Under the pieces are notes generated by a model, which saw only the letters and a list, made by a program, of their open reading frames with translations, did no database searches and was not told the origin of the DNA. A stretch of 64,000 nucleotides of DNA from contig NW_024704742.1 in the NCBI RefSeq assembly GCF_018977255.1, positions 131,008,001-131,072,000 on the forward strand. The letters run 5' to 3'. The DNA is from Callorhinchus milii. Its lineage: Eukaryota. Of the stretch, positions 38,915-52,556 are shown piece after piece; the first letter of the stretch is position 1, and the number at the start of each line of letters is the position of its first letter. The position numbers and the translations under genes were made by a program.

Positions 38915-40215
38915 CAACAACAACAACTTGCACTTATATAGCATCCTCCATGCAGGGTAGCGCCTCAGAGCGCTTAACAGTGGCGGAACCTGACTCTGAG
39001 CCATGGCGGGGAGGGGAGGTGGCTGTAAACATGGTTGAAGAGGAAGGTTTTCAGGGAGGGCTTAAAAGAGGGGAGAGAGGGGGCGGAGGGATTGAGGGAG
39101 AGTGTTCCACAGTTTTGGGGCATAGTGGCTGAAAGCGCGGCCTCTGATGGTGGGGAGGAGGGTGCGAGGGACGAGCAGGAGGCTGGTGCCAGTCGAGTGG
39201 AGGTGCCGGGTGGTGGATTGGGGATTGAGGAGGTTGGAGAGGTAGGGAGGTGCCAGAGAGTGAAGGGATTTGAACACAAGTGTGAGGATCTTGAAGTTGA
39301 TCTGTTCGGTGATGGGGAGCCAGTGGAGTCTGGCCAGAACTTGTGAGATGTGAGGATGGAGTTTGGTCCGGGTCAGTACGTAGGCGGCAGAGTTCTGAAT
39401 GAGCTGGATCTTTTGAATAGTGAAGCTGGGGAGATCGTCGAGGAGTGCGTTGGAGTAATCCAAGCCGGAGGTGACAAACGCATGCACAAGGGTTTTTTTG
39501 CTGCATTTGGGGTAAGGTACAGTCGGAGGCGGGCAATGTGGCGGATGTGGAAGGAGGCGGTCCTTGTCAGGAACCGGATGTGGGAGAGGAAGGACAGCTG
39601 GGGGTCAAACCGGATGCCTAGATTGCGCACTAGTTTGGTGAGTCTGAGGGAGAGCCCAGGGAGGTTTAGGAGGTTAGATCCACAGGGTTGAATATGTTGA
39701 CGGGATCCAAGGAGTATGGGTTCCGTCTTGTCCACATTCAGCTGCAGGAAGTTTGTACTCTTCCAGGCCCTGATGTCTGCCAGACAAGCTGATAGAACAG
39801 CGGTAGACCTGGAGTTGGTACTGGAGGAGGCAAAGTAGACTCGTGTGTCATCCGCATACACATGGAAGTTTATCCTGTGTCTGTGGGTGACATCGCCCAG
39901 AGGTAGCATATAGATAAGATTAAGAAGAGGGCCAAGGATGGAGCCCTCAGGTAACTAGTTGTGGGCGGGGGGAGAAACCATTTGCTGAGATGAAACTAAG
40001 GCGTTTGGTTAAGTAGGACTCGAAGCATGCGAGTGCAGTCCCACTAAGGTGGATGAGGGAGGAGAGATGGTGGAGAAGGATGGCATGAGGAGGCAGTGGG
40101 AGCCCTGATCACAGATAGAGAGGATGTTGTTTGTGACTTTGACTTTGCCTTTGTGCTGTGGACAGGGCGAAAACCAGACTGCAGGGGCTCGAGGAGGGAG
40201 TGGAGGGATAGGTGT
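38915..40215 (-). mobile_element. L2-clade LINE, 5'-truncated (about 1.3 kb), frameshifted reverse transcriptase remnant
   Basis: Peptides LLEPLQSGFRPVHST, MLPLGDV...INFHVYADDTRVY (RT catalytic YADD), [40 protein letters not shown]...LHWLPI lie in different frames; (GTT)n tail. Confidence 0.95.
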
Positions 40216-42274
40216 GACTCAGAGGCGAGAGTGCTACTGACTGAGCCAGGCTGACACTTAAACGGCTCCTTCATTTGCCCACTATAACGCCTGGGATTAC
40301 GTTGCCACTTGTGAAGTTTATTCCTGTTTATTATTGCAATCACGTTGTTGATAAGAATAATAATGACTGCACATTTTGTGGGCAAAACTGATGACAAAGT
40401 GACATTGTAAAATGGCCTCCTCTGGCTTTCTTGGGGCAATCGCACACAGAGAAGAAAAGTAACTTTCCTCTTTTTATTTTTGGAAGTTTTTTGAATAGAG
40501 GACGATCTGTCCTGGCTGGCCTTCCGTCTGATATTATAAATAAATGAATGTCTGGCATAAACAAGCCTGACTGTAGCTTATTATAATTGTGTCCCTCATG
40601 GTTCATCTTCTTTTTGGAAATGCTTCTAATAAAACAACAATAATAATCCTTGCAATCGATATTGTGTGCCTTTCTCATCAGGGAACGTAGGCATGTGTTT
40701 GAGTTTGTGGGATACTGCTGTATGCGATTGGCTGCCGCGTTTCGCCCATAAAATATACAGTCAATTCACTTTACAGTATATTCTGTGAAGCGCTTTGAGA
40801 TGTCGTAATGATGTGATCAAGCTATATCAAATGCATGGATTATTATTATTACTATTATATAAGCGTGTGCTTATCTACATTGTCGTGTGTTTGTCTATGT
40901 CGGCGTATGTTTGTCTATGTTCACGTATACCTGTCTACGTTGATGCGTGTTTGTCTAATTTGGTCTGCGCCTGTCTATATTGCCGTGTGCTCGTCTATCT
41001 GCCATAAACAGATACTGCACAGAACTGACACCACCAAGTAATAAGGTTACACGCACACAGTCAACAAGAGGGTTAGCATACACAGCACTGCTTAGGATTC
41101 TCTCAGTGTAAAGAATGGATTTGTCTGAGCAATTTCACATGGGACAATGTTCCAATTAAGTTCAATATCACCAAATATCGTACGAGAACTTCATGGATAT
41201 GTAATTCCACGTGTAGAATAGCTTTAATTACCTTCAAAAGAAAAAAAAACAGGTTTATCATTTAAGCCACCCGCCTCACACTGCTTCTGGCCTGCGTGTC
41301 AAATTAATTGTGTTGTTGCTCTGTGCACACAGCAAAATTGGGTGGGTGAATTCACAAAGCCCTGTGGCACTTATCAATTTGAATCTTGTTGTGCTCTCTG
41401 TGTTCCACGATTGTGGAAGTAACAATCAAAATAATGTTAGGAAACTTTTTTTTCCCCCCCAAAAAAACAAAATGATCAATGAATCTTTTCTTTTCTTAGA
41501 CCTGTGCTGAACGGGAACATAATTGCGTGACTCCGTGTGTCTCCCCCCTGGAGCACTTGCTTTCCCTGACCTGTGCAATCTATGTCAAATGCAAAACCAC
41601 TTGCATCTCAGATGCAGCATGGCTTCACATGATGAAAAATGGTGGATTAAACTTGTAACTTAATGGATGAAACATTTGTGGAGTTTTTTTTAAAACAATG
41701 GATTCATATTTAGCGAAGAGTGATTTCTCTTCATCCCTAGCGTCTTCCTATCTCGAAAAGAGAAAGGAGTTACTCAATCCATGACTGTTTGTGGGACACT
41801 GCTGTGTGCAATTGGCTGCTGTGTTTTGCCCACAAGTACGTGGTCAACCCACTTTACACACTGTGCTTTGAGATGTCTCAATGATGTGATAAGGTGCTAT
41901 TTCAAATTAAAGGATTATTATTATTATTATTATCTCCCTAATCGTCTCCTAACCCACTCCACTGCTCACCCCCTCCGTTCAGCTAATTTGGGTTTATTGT
42001 GTGTCCACCACCACCTCTATGTCACCATCTCTTCTAATATCTGGAATTCATTGCCTCGATCCCTTGCCCTCCTCTCCATCTGTCTTCAAATCCCACATTG
42101 AAACCTAGCTCTTTGACCATGTCTATCGTCACCTCCCCCTAATCCCTTGCTCAGCGCCTGACCCTGCTACTGTATATAAATGCAAGTAGTCATTGTTGTT
42201 TCTATTTTCTGTGCACTAAATAATTTACTATGCCTAATTTGCAAGATAACACAAAGAACCAAGAAATACTAAAA

Positions 42275-42705
42275 ATCCTTGCATTTGATTTAATGCCTTT
42301 TCTAATCGATGAAACATCTGAATGCCCTGCGCAGCATTTTACTGTAAAGTGAAGTGACCGTATATTTTATAGGAAAATGTGGAAGCCAATTTGTCCCCAA
42401 TAATGTCCCACAAACAGCCTTGAAGTGAAGGACCAATTTTATCCTGAGCATTGTTGCCCAGGACACACTGGGAGAAACTCCTTTCTATTTACAAATAGTG
42501 CTACAGGAATCTTTAACATCCCCTAAACAAGCAGATAGGGTTTAACATCACATCTGAAGGACGACACCTCCAGCAAAGCAGTACACCCTCCAGCACTGCA
42601 CTGGAGTGGTAGGCCACGGTATGAGCTCAAAATCCTAATGTGGAGGCTGAACCCATAACCTGCCGACTCAGGTGAGAATGCTACCAACTGAGCCAGGTTG
42701 ACACC
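42275..42705 (-). mobile_element. SINE family B, near full length
   Basis: Tail, Deu core and head ending ctaccaactgagccaggttgacac. Confidence 0.8.
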
Positions 42706-42843
42706 TGGGGCTCTTACATACAGAATGCTTTTACTTACTGGTGAGAAGCACTGTTGTGTCTCGATTAATGCAATAAGAATGTTGCCAGAATTAGTTCCAC
42801 TAGAGTTGAACACCAGACTCGCTGTGTGAGTTGCGATCTGCAT

Positions 42844-43208
42844 GGGGAGAAATCCCATCTGGGTGTTGATTTGCTCTATTTTCTTACCATTTCAGACAGT
42901 CCAGAATTTGGCAAACTGTTGAATTCAGTGTTAGCCTTGAAGTCGGTTTTCTGTAGTTCTGAAAGAAACTTGGAGAAAATCGGCGAGAAATCAGGCTGCA
43001 TTTAGGAATTTGCTAAATTCTGGATGTTCTCAAATGCTGCATAAATAGAGTAAATTTCACCCACAAAATACACAGTCAATTCACTTTACAGTATATTCTG
43101 TGAAGCGCTTTGAGACATATCGAAGACGTGATATGCGCTATAACAAATGCAAGGAATATTATTATTAATATTAATAATAAGTCTTAGACCCAGGTGTAAT
43201 TTCTCCTC
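42844..43208. mobile_element. MITE-like element with long imperfect terminal inverted repeats, interrupted by a SINE tail (about 43055-43182)
   Basis: Left ggggagaaatcccatctgggtgttgatttgctctattt...ccagaatttggcaaa is the inverse of right tttgctaaattctgga...aaatagagtaaat[SINE]tagacccaggtgtaatttctcc. Confidence 0.7.
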
Positions 43209-44534
43209 ACAGGACACTTCTCAGCATTGAAACTGATTGAAACAACTCCGCTATCTCTGAGCACTGGTCAGTGGTGAAGTGAAGTGCTTCCTTATATAAA
43301 GGATTTCCTGCCCAAATGGGCAATGTTAACCCTAAACTGCCCCAAATCTCTATACTTGATTTTAGAATTGAGCAACAGAATTAGTGGTAGGATTAACATC
43401 GAGAGTAGAGAAACCATTGTCTTGGAATGAGTTGAGCAATCCTTGCATTTGACAAAGTGTCTATAAAACTGCATTTAGTAGGCAAACAGTGGCGGGCAAT
43501 TTGCCCTAAGCGGCGACTCACAATCAACCATGAAGTGACAGACCAATTTTATCAGAAACATTTTGGCCAGGAAACTTCACAACATGGGATCCTCAGTGTT
43601 CACCTGAGCAGTTAGACAGGATCTCAGTTTAGCCCTGTTTATAGTGTGATCCCTGCTTTCTATTCTGTGAGAGTGAGATAGAGGTCTGTATCGATTGTGT
43701 GCGGGCGTTAATCATATCTGGAGTCATTGTGTTTGCACTGGAAACATTGTTCATGCCCATTGTTCCTGCCATCATTTCCTTTAGAATAACTTAGTTTAAT
43801 GCCATCCTGAAGTCATCTCATTCACTGCTGCATTAACAGATTATTAAGAGTTTTGGGACCAAGTGCAAATCTTGGACATTAAGACGAAATGAACCTGATG
43901 CCCTTCCATGATTAGCCAAGGACCCAGACCATAACACAATACAGACTGACTGTTTTGACTTTCTGATTTTCGTTCATCTTTTCCCTTTTCCCCCATCCCC
44001 CTCTGCTCCCACCCCCAGCTCAGGTACCCAAGTCAGGTCTGTTAAGCGCCTTGGGATGTCCTCCCGGTGTGAAAGGCGCTATATAAATGTAAATTCATTG
44101 TATCTTTTCAAACAAAAATCAAATTGTTACTTTCTATGAGCTTGGACTGTTCCTTTCAAACATTATTATCGCTCTTCCCATCAGAACATGTTTTGAACAA
44201 ATGGATTAAGTTAACCTACTCTTATTGCCCAGGGCAATGCAATGTGCGCAGCCATCACCGCCTACATCCCCTTCTCCCTCACCATCCCGCAATTCCAACT
44301 AGTTTTAGTCATTAAGACAATTTTATCTTTAACTTTAAGTTTAACAGTCAGTCTGTATTTAAGGCTGTGCAGAGTTATGGAACATTATTTCATTCAGCAC
44401 TAATTTGGAAGCGGTTTTCTGCATTTCTTACAAAAAGAAGCAATTTCCAAATTAAGACTGAATTTATTAATTTTCGATATTTTTAAGACAAAATGGATCT
44501 CACTGCCTAATATCAGGTCTCTTTGTGCTACTAT

Positions 44535-44832
44535 AATAATCATAATCATTGCATTTGATATAGTGCCCTAGCACGTCTTCTAGAGGTCTCAAAGGGCTTC
44601 ACAGAATATACAAACAGTCATGGATTAAGTGACCAAACAAATTTTTTGGGAGGAATTATTACCCCCAGAAAAGTGATCCGCCAATCGACTAACAACCGGG
44701 ATCCTACTTACTGCTAGGTAAACAGAGATGTATGGGGTAAGGAAACTTGCCTAAGGTTTCGCTCTGCCCAGGAAACAAACCCAGGTCCTCTAGCTTGCGA
44801 GGCGAGTGCTCTAATCACTGAGCTACGGGACG
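44535..44832 (-). mobile_element. SINE family A, long form
   Basis: Reverse-complement head, central block, internally shortened tail. Confidence 0.85.
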
Positions 44833-46699
44833 CTAGAACTACTAAAAACAGAGGCTAGGGCATGAATGAATTTTGTTCTTTGGACATGGACACGTGACAA
44901 ATAAGCTTTGAGAAACAAAAACCGAAACAAATGATTGGAATGGGATCACAGCTGGTCCTTTTAGATGTCGCACAAATAGCACCCTCCTGCTCCAAAATGA
45001 ATAAGAGGTCTGTATTACTGAGATCATAAAGAATGAAACTGTTAGATCACCTGCATAAGATAGATAAAGTCTGTCATGGGGGTCAGCGTCACTGTGAATC
45101 AATCAGTGTGTTCAAAGACATTTGAGATGCACTTTCAAAAGTTCCAACTTTTTAGACTTAGAACCTTGATGTTTCAGAAGCTTTTCTTCTATCCTCAGGA
45201 GGTGGATGGATGATTGAAGAGCAGCTTTTTGGCTCTCTTCAAAAGTTTACTGACATTCGTGCCTGCGGTGACAAGTAACTGAGTTCTAGAACTGCCAGCG
45301 GACATGCTAAGGAGACGGTCCCAATCCTCTGAGATTCTCACGTCTCAGCAAAAAGGATAGAGGGAACTGACTTCATGTTTGGTGGAGAGAAGGGGCTTTG
45401 CATTTGCGATTCAAGGATTGTACTTTCTCATTGACAGTAATCCTGTGCACTGCTTTGAGATGTAAAAAGGCGCTACATCATGTTTCGACAGGGTGATAAG
45501 GCATTGTATCAAATGTAAGGAATGTTATTATTTATTTCAAATAATAAGGCAACAGCCCAAGTCCTGGGCTGTGATGGGAAATGTTAGCACAGACAGATGT
45601 TAATATTTCTTTACACAGAGGCTAATTAACAGCTAAAGTGGGTATGAGAAAGGATGGTAGATCCAAGACATCACTTAAAAAACAGCTAGATATAATGGAA
45701 AGACAGTTGGCTGAGTATTCTGGAGAGATGAGATCAAATGGGGTGAAGGGTTTTCTTCATCCTTAATTCTTGTGATCGATTTCATGGGAGCCACATAATA
45801 AATGACAACTGTTAGATAACCTATCTGTTCTCCCAGTTTATAATGCTTTCACTGATCACTTCTGCTCATTCTAGTGTTACGTTATTCTTTCGGACTCGTT
45901 AAATCTTCAGTGTATTTATTTTCCAGTCTTTACCCACGAATCTAGACATTTATAGACAAGAACATGCCATCGGGTAGTCAGAACTGATTCCATAACACCA
46001 GCACCAGTCACCATTAAGCGTGAAATGACAGAAAAGTTATGAAGAAAACCAGAGCTCCAATCTTCACTCTTCGCTTGTCTGTCCGCTGCCAGAGGGCAGA
46101 TGAAGAAAAGCCTCTGAAACTCTCAAGTAAACGTTTACAACATAGCAAAACAGAAGCACTTGAAGACTTGTGACCTGCTTGCCATGACAAGATTGAAGAC
46201 AACTTTGGGGCAACAACAGTAAGTCTGGGTAAAAAAACATGTGGGCCCAAAATAATAATAAGAATTTGGTCACTCAATCCATGACTGATTATGGGACACT
46301 GCTGTGCGCAATTGGCTGCCACATTTCGTCCCCAGAATACACAGTCAATTCACTTTACAGTATAGTCTGCGGAGTGCTTTGAGACGTCTCGAAGACGTGA
46401 TAAGGCGCTATACCAGATGCAAGGATTATTCATTATTATCCTGAAATTCATCCCACTTTACTGAAAACTGAATATTTCTACATGAGCAAATTATTATCTG
46501 GGTATAATTAATGCAATTTCTAACAAGTGACTTGACTGGCATGATTTTCACGTTCTCCACAGAACGCTTAAGACAGTTGAATAAAGCAACACCAAGGACA
46601 CACTGTTATTTTATCAAGAATGTTACAGGGGCTGGAGACATCTTACATTGATGGATCTCGATCATGAAGGGGGTAAATTCAGAACAAATCTGCCGAAAC

Positions 46700-46930
46700 A
46701 CTAGTTCAGTGAGCGAGTAGTTAAATGTATGGAACAGCCTCCCTAGGGAGACGGTGGAAGCAGAAAGTGTTGATTCTTTCAAGAACAAATTAGATAAATT
46801 TCTGTTAGAAAATAATATCTCAGGATACAGTATATAGTTTGGGAAATGACTTGTGCATGTGACTGCCAGGACGGTGGAGGGCTGAACTGGATGGACCTTG
46901 GTCTTCTTTTGTCTAGCAATTCTTATGTGA
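46700..46930 (+). mobile_element. CR1-clade LINE 3' end (second tail type)
   Basis: gtagttaaatgtatggaacagcctccctagggagacggtggaagcag...aataatatctcaggatacagtatatagtttggg...ggatggaccttggtc; same tail at about 15130-15265 and 53595-53705. Confidence 0.75.
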
Positions 46931-48094
46931 TCCCTTCCCAAATAGAAGCCAAAAATTAGTCCCAATGGAGAAGCTTTTACACTCAACCACAACATGCAAT
47001 GAAAAGAATTTTGACACAACAATATATGCAAACTTGGACACTTTGGTTGAGACAGACAGGCTCTGATTAAGACAAGCAGATATGGAGTTGCCCTCTTCAG
47101 GGCGAAGCATCAGTGTTGATTGAAAGTTACATTTTGTTTTGAATGAGAAAAATGTGGAATCCCTAATGTGTGTGTTTGCAGATATGCCATTAACACTGCC
47201 TGCAGGTGCCAATGTCCTAAAATTCCACCCAGTTTTAGGCTGTAAGAGCATTTTGTTTTAAACTTGGCACACAGAATCATGGAACATTCTCAAACCCAGT
47301 TTTAATTTTCAAGTCATTTATTATTATTAACAGCCAAAAAAATTTCAGAATTAAAACTGAATTTAAGAATTTTGCTACAATTCTACGCGACCTCCATTTT
47401 AAGATGTATTGATCGCGCAGGCTAAAAGCAGACGGAATTCCAGGCTTCAGTTCTCATGTTATTATTCTAAAATGTCACAGTGCAGCCCTTTTATGAAGTG
47501 TTTTGTTCTAACGTTGGTTCATTTATAATGAAATAGGGAGTGCACCCCATTCTCCACCACTGTGCATGCACACAATGCAATACAGTACAAAATTACATTT
47601 GTATAGCGCCTTTCACATCGGAAGGAAGTCCCAAGCCACTGGACAGTTAGGGATTTGGACACAGGTGGTCAACTCACCTCCCGGCTGGGTCAGTGCCTTA
47701 AAATATTCAACTTTTGCGTGATTAATACGCCCCTGATATCACTTCCTGCACTGCATAAGTACCGCACTCAGGAAGTGACATTAGCGCCTATCTGCTGACT
47801 TGGAAGTTGGCCATTTTGGCATCCCGTGCGCTAAAAACGGCCAACTTCTGGGTCCTCAAGTCACCGCTTTTACTTGCTGCACTGCACATGTGCCAAGCAC
47901 TCAGGAAGTGAACTTGGTGGCGATATGATGACCCGGAAGTCATCTTTTTATTCGTTCTGTTGTGTCAGAAGCAAGGAAATGTGCAGTGAACCTGGCTATT
48001 GAGGCCTCATCATAAGGCAAGTCAGGATTTTATGGACTATCGCACTATATCTCTCGTAGGAACTTATAACAAAGCATTCCCTCCTTGTACTTAC

Positions 48095-48174
48095 TGGCAT
48101 CGTCTGGCTACCATGTAAGGCGTTGATGGCTGCCTGGGCCTCAGCGTGTGCAGAAAACTTGACAAAGGCACATC
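48095..48174 (-). CDS. CELF4: CELF4 internal exon (80 nt), RRM2 RNP1 (KGCAFVKF) and helix 2
   Basis: Acceptor tgtgtttccacag|GA TGT GCC TTT; donor ATG CCA|gtaagt; peptide (G)[26 protein letters not shown]; phase 1/0 fits both neighbours. Confidence 0.96.
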
Positions 48175-51100
48175 CTGTGGAAACACAAATAGTTACGGTC
48201 AGAACAAATTCAAGCAACGTGCAGTGACCTGGAAATACCTTAACACAACACAATCATAACTGGCTGAAATGCTACTGGCTCATCAGTGTTTCTGGATCCA
48301 GTCGATACCATTCTCGCCTCTGAGTCAGAAGCTTATGAGTTCAAGGCTTACATTGGAGCTTGGAGCTCACAGTCTAGGTTGATATTCCAATGCAGTGCTG
48401 AAGGAGTGTTGTATTGTCAGAAGTGCCGTCCTTCGAATGGGACGTTACACCAAGGTCCTACCTGCCTCTTCAGGTGGATGTAGAAGATCACATGACACTG
48501 TTCGAAAAAAGAAGGGAATTTCTCCTGTGGGCCTGTCAAATAATTAAGGTCAGGGTGATCCAGGGGACCAGTTGACACATGTAAACTTACATTAAGTTTA
48601 CAAGCACTTCAATGCTTTTAGGCTGTAGTACACACTTAATTCAGTTGATGTATGCAGGCAATAAACCTGATGCATACTGAAATTTTAGCATTGAGTCAAC
48701 AAGAAAAACAGTGCGGAGTTGAACCTAACTGTACAGTACGAGTGTTACACCATTGGATTTCCTGTGTTAATGTCACTCTTAATATCACTGGCCACCGTTG
48801 ATGGTAACACACATTAGCTCCACTGCACACCCTGATTTTTTTGTGTCTCTGTGTATCCATTGCTCCCATGCATTTTGATCGACCACAGTTGGTGGATCAG
48901 TTGGTAGGATTCTTGCCTGTTAGTCAGAACATTGTGGGTTTAATGCAGTGCTGCATTGTCAAAGATCCCGTGCGTTAAATGAGAAATTAATTAAACGCTC
49001 TGTCTACTTGTTCAGGTGGACCTTAAAGATCCCACAGCACTATTCACAAAAAGAAGGGAGTTTCTTTTGGTTCACTGACCAATTCTTCCAGCTAAAATCA
49101 GTCATTCACTTGTGGCTGCTTGTCGAACATTACTGTGTGAAAATTGGTTATCATGTTCGCCTACAAATATACATAGTCTTGACACTTTCACAATAAAATC
49201 CTGTCAAGCACTTTGAAATGTACCCTTGACATGAAAGGCATGATACCAAATGCAAGAATTGCAAGGAAGCAGCTGTTAAACAATGGGTAAGGCCCAGGAA
49301 GATCAACCTGGGTTGGAAACCATTGCTCCCTGCTTCTGTGTTGGTTTCTCAAGACACGTGGAAGCTCAGCAGCTTTGCCGAGGAGCTGGAGCTTGTGAGA
49401 ACGATTCCACACAGATAATGTTTTTGATCGTTCTTAATTGTGGCTTTTGTCCAACATAAGAGAACTGTCTCTTTAAATTGGCAACCTCTAGAAAGGAAAG
49501 TTTCCAAAGCGTAACCTTCGAAGAATGCCCTTACCTTCTTAATTAGTATATCTTCTGACAGTTTATATCGCGGTGTCAGATCCGCTTCACTTTCAGCACA
49601 CTGAATGTGTCGTTTCAAAGATCCATCAAAGTGACTAATAGGGTCCTCGATTATCCGAATCCATTCACATTAGGTATTAAAAGCAACTCATTATTACATC
49701 GAGCCCTATTAACGTCCCTGAGCCTTTTGTGATGCCGTCACAGCATTTCTTTCTTCCTCACAGTCGATAGGAGAAGGAGGAACGTCAAGATGAATGGGAC
49801 GTCAGGCTGTCAGTGAATCCCACCGTCCATGTTCGAATGAACATTTGTCAGAGACCACTCTACTGGTCACCAGGAGATCTGCTGCTCAGCTCCTCTCGAG
49901 AATGAGATCTAAATATAAACCAATGGGCTAGCAAATAGGATACTAGTAATAATAAAATAATAATCCTTGCATTCTATATAGAGCCTTATTGCATCGTTGA
50001 GACGTCTCAAAGCGCTTCACAGGTTATACTCTAAAGTAGATTTACTGTATATTTTGTGGGTGAAACGTGACAGCCAATTGTGCACACCAGTGTCCCGCAA
50101 ACAGTCATGGAGTGAGTGCTCAGTTTTATTTGGGGGCATTTTTGGTCAGGAAACCGGGAGTGAGAAACTCCTTACTTTTTTCGAATAGTGCCACGGGACC
50201 TTTAACGTCCACATGAACAAGCAGACGGGACTTAGTTTAATATCTCATGGATAACAAATGTGAGGGTGTATGTGGGGTGGGGGGCGGGGAGGGGGTGGGG
50301 GAAATTGCAGAGGGATAGGGAGGGGTCCAAATCATCCTAAATGCATTTCCTTTCCTTATTTAATGAAGTTTGTTAAAATGAGTGTTGAAATACATCTAGC
50401 CTTTCCAGCTGAACTCCCACTCCCCTCCCCTAGATAATAATAATAATAATAATCCTTGCATTTGATATAGGGCCTTATCACGTCTTCGAGATGTCTCAAA
50501 GCGTTTCACAGAATATACTGTAAAGTGAATTTACTGTATATTTTGTGGGCGAAACTGTAGATTTATTTAATATGCATTATACATTTTGTTATGTGATTGT
50601 TTGAGGTTCTGCTCTGCTGGTGATTAATGATTGCTAACAGATAACAGTTGTTTCATGCGCAGGACAAGGAAAAATCATCGGGGTTTTATCTGGCTGATCT
50701 CAGTGTTAAAACACAATGAACACACTATTCTACTATTCTATCTCTTGTGCCCCTCAATCGATTTACTTTTCATCCCATCATAAACCTGCGATGAAAGGAT
50801 TTGCTATTTTTAGTAACCGTGTAAAATGATTCGCAATGATCTTTCTCTTGTATATTGATCCTCTTTGTAATGTCTGCGGTGGCTGTGTTTTGCATTGCTC
50901 TGATAAGAGATATTATCGCTGGAAACAAAACATGGACCAAACTTGGTGTCCCACTACCAAATATTCCTGCATCAGTCATTGCATGGACAGATATAGAACA
51001 AGGTTCTCTCCAACTGTGTTCCCAACCTCAACAGAGTACCTTCTTACACAAAATTCATCTCTTTTTCATACCAGACACATTTGGGGTCTGAATCCGTGAG

Positions 51101-51809
51101 CACTGATTTGACAGTGGCCAACCTCAATTCATGTAAGACTTGCACGATTCCAAATCGCTTTGGATGAAGAAAGCTCTTCGGCTCATCTGATGTTACCCTT
51201 CCAGAATACCCCTCACATTGTTGTCCTGTCCTCTGAGGACAAGGATGGGAGGGAGGGGAAGGGGTAGGAAGAAGGTGGCTGGAGCTGTATCCAAAGAGAG
51301 AGTTTTTAGATGGCTTTTGGAAGGGGTGGGAAAGGCTGCAAGGTTGGAGGGATTTATACTTTACAGTGCTTTGAGACGTCTCGAAGACGTGATAAGGCGC
51401 TATATCAAATTCAAGAATTATTATTATTATTATTATTTAGGGAGAGTTCATAAGTGTCTGAAAGCTCGAGCATGGGAGAGGGTAACAAAGGGATCTGAAA
51501 GAGTTGGGGCAGAACTACAAGGGATGATCGGAGACAGGGCATGAATCACGGGCCATTTGAAGCTTAGAATGAGGATTTTTAAAATCAATCTGTTGAGGGA
51601 TAGGGAGTTGTCAGAATCTCACGAGAATGGGGAAGGATGATAGGTTCATGGAACTTAATGTAGAAGAGGATTCAGGCTGCAAAGTTCTGGATGGGCTGGA
51701 GCTTGTGGAAGGTTCAGCTGGTAATCTATCAAGGTCTTTATCTTTTTAACGGCTTTATCCAGTGCCGCATCTCATATCGCTAGTGTCTGATGGCCTGGTT
51801 TACAGTGAA

Positions 51810-52262
51810 TAATAATAATAATCTTTATGTTTGGTACTGGACCTTTCACGACACAAGGGCACCTTTCACATCACAAATCACTTAACAGGAGTTATTGTAA
51901 AGTGTAGTCACTCTGTATTTTATAGGTGAACAAGGAAGTCAATTTGTGCGCAATATCGCACGAACAGCCATGAAATTAATGATCAATTTTATCTTGGGGA
52001 TTGTCGGACAGGAAACCGGGAGAAACTCCCTTCTCTCTTCCAATAGTGCTGCGGGATCCGTAACGCCCACCTGAACAGGCAGATGGGACCTCGGATTAAC
52101 AAATCATCTGAAGGACATCATCTCAAACAATGCAGCACTCTCTCCCCAGCATGGCACTGTATAGTCAGCTTCGACGATATGAGTTTCAAGCCCCGAAATG
52201 GGGCTTGAACCCACTACTTTCCAGCTTAGAGGTGAGAGTGCTACTGACTGAGCCAGGCTGAC
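51810..52262 (-). mobile_element. SINE family B (Deu-domain), full length
   Basis: Tail, core gggagaaactcccttctctcttccaatagtgctgcgggatccgtaacgcccacctgaacaggcagatgggacctcgg, head ...gcttgaaccc...gtgctactgactgagccaggctgac. Confidence 0.85.
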
Positions 52263-52556
52263 AGAAATAAATTAATATGGATCAGGGATTCTAGGTCCTG
52301 GTACAAGTATTGGTGGTGCCCAAGAGAAAGGAACACCAGCGCAGTCAATCATATCATCAACCATGAGCTCAAGGGGCTTCTTCAAATTCTTCCTGAGTGC
52401 GTACAGGAATTTTGGGCATGTCAGACAGGCTGATTAATCTCTATCAATTTACCTTCTCCACCTTGAGGTGAACAATGGTTTTGAAGACCTTTGTAAATTC
52501 CTTCCATATTGTAAGAGTGCTGCTTTTCATCGCTCATTTTACTCCATCCCTTAAGC

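Noticed and set aside
50270..50302. G-quadruplex-forming G runs (also near 63913)
   Set aside because: Common motif with no positional link to an exon or promoter
50770..51099. Short ORFs with a hydrophobic stretch (possible nested gene)
   Set aside because: No recognisable homology, splice structure or promoter; length within chance expectation
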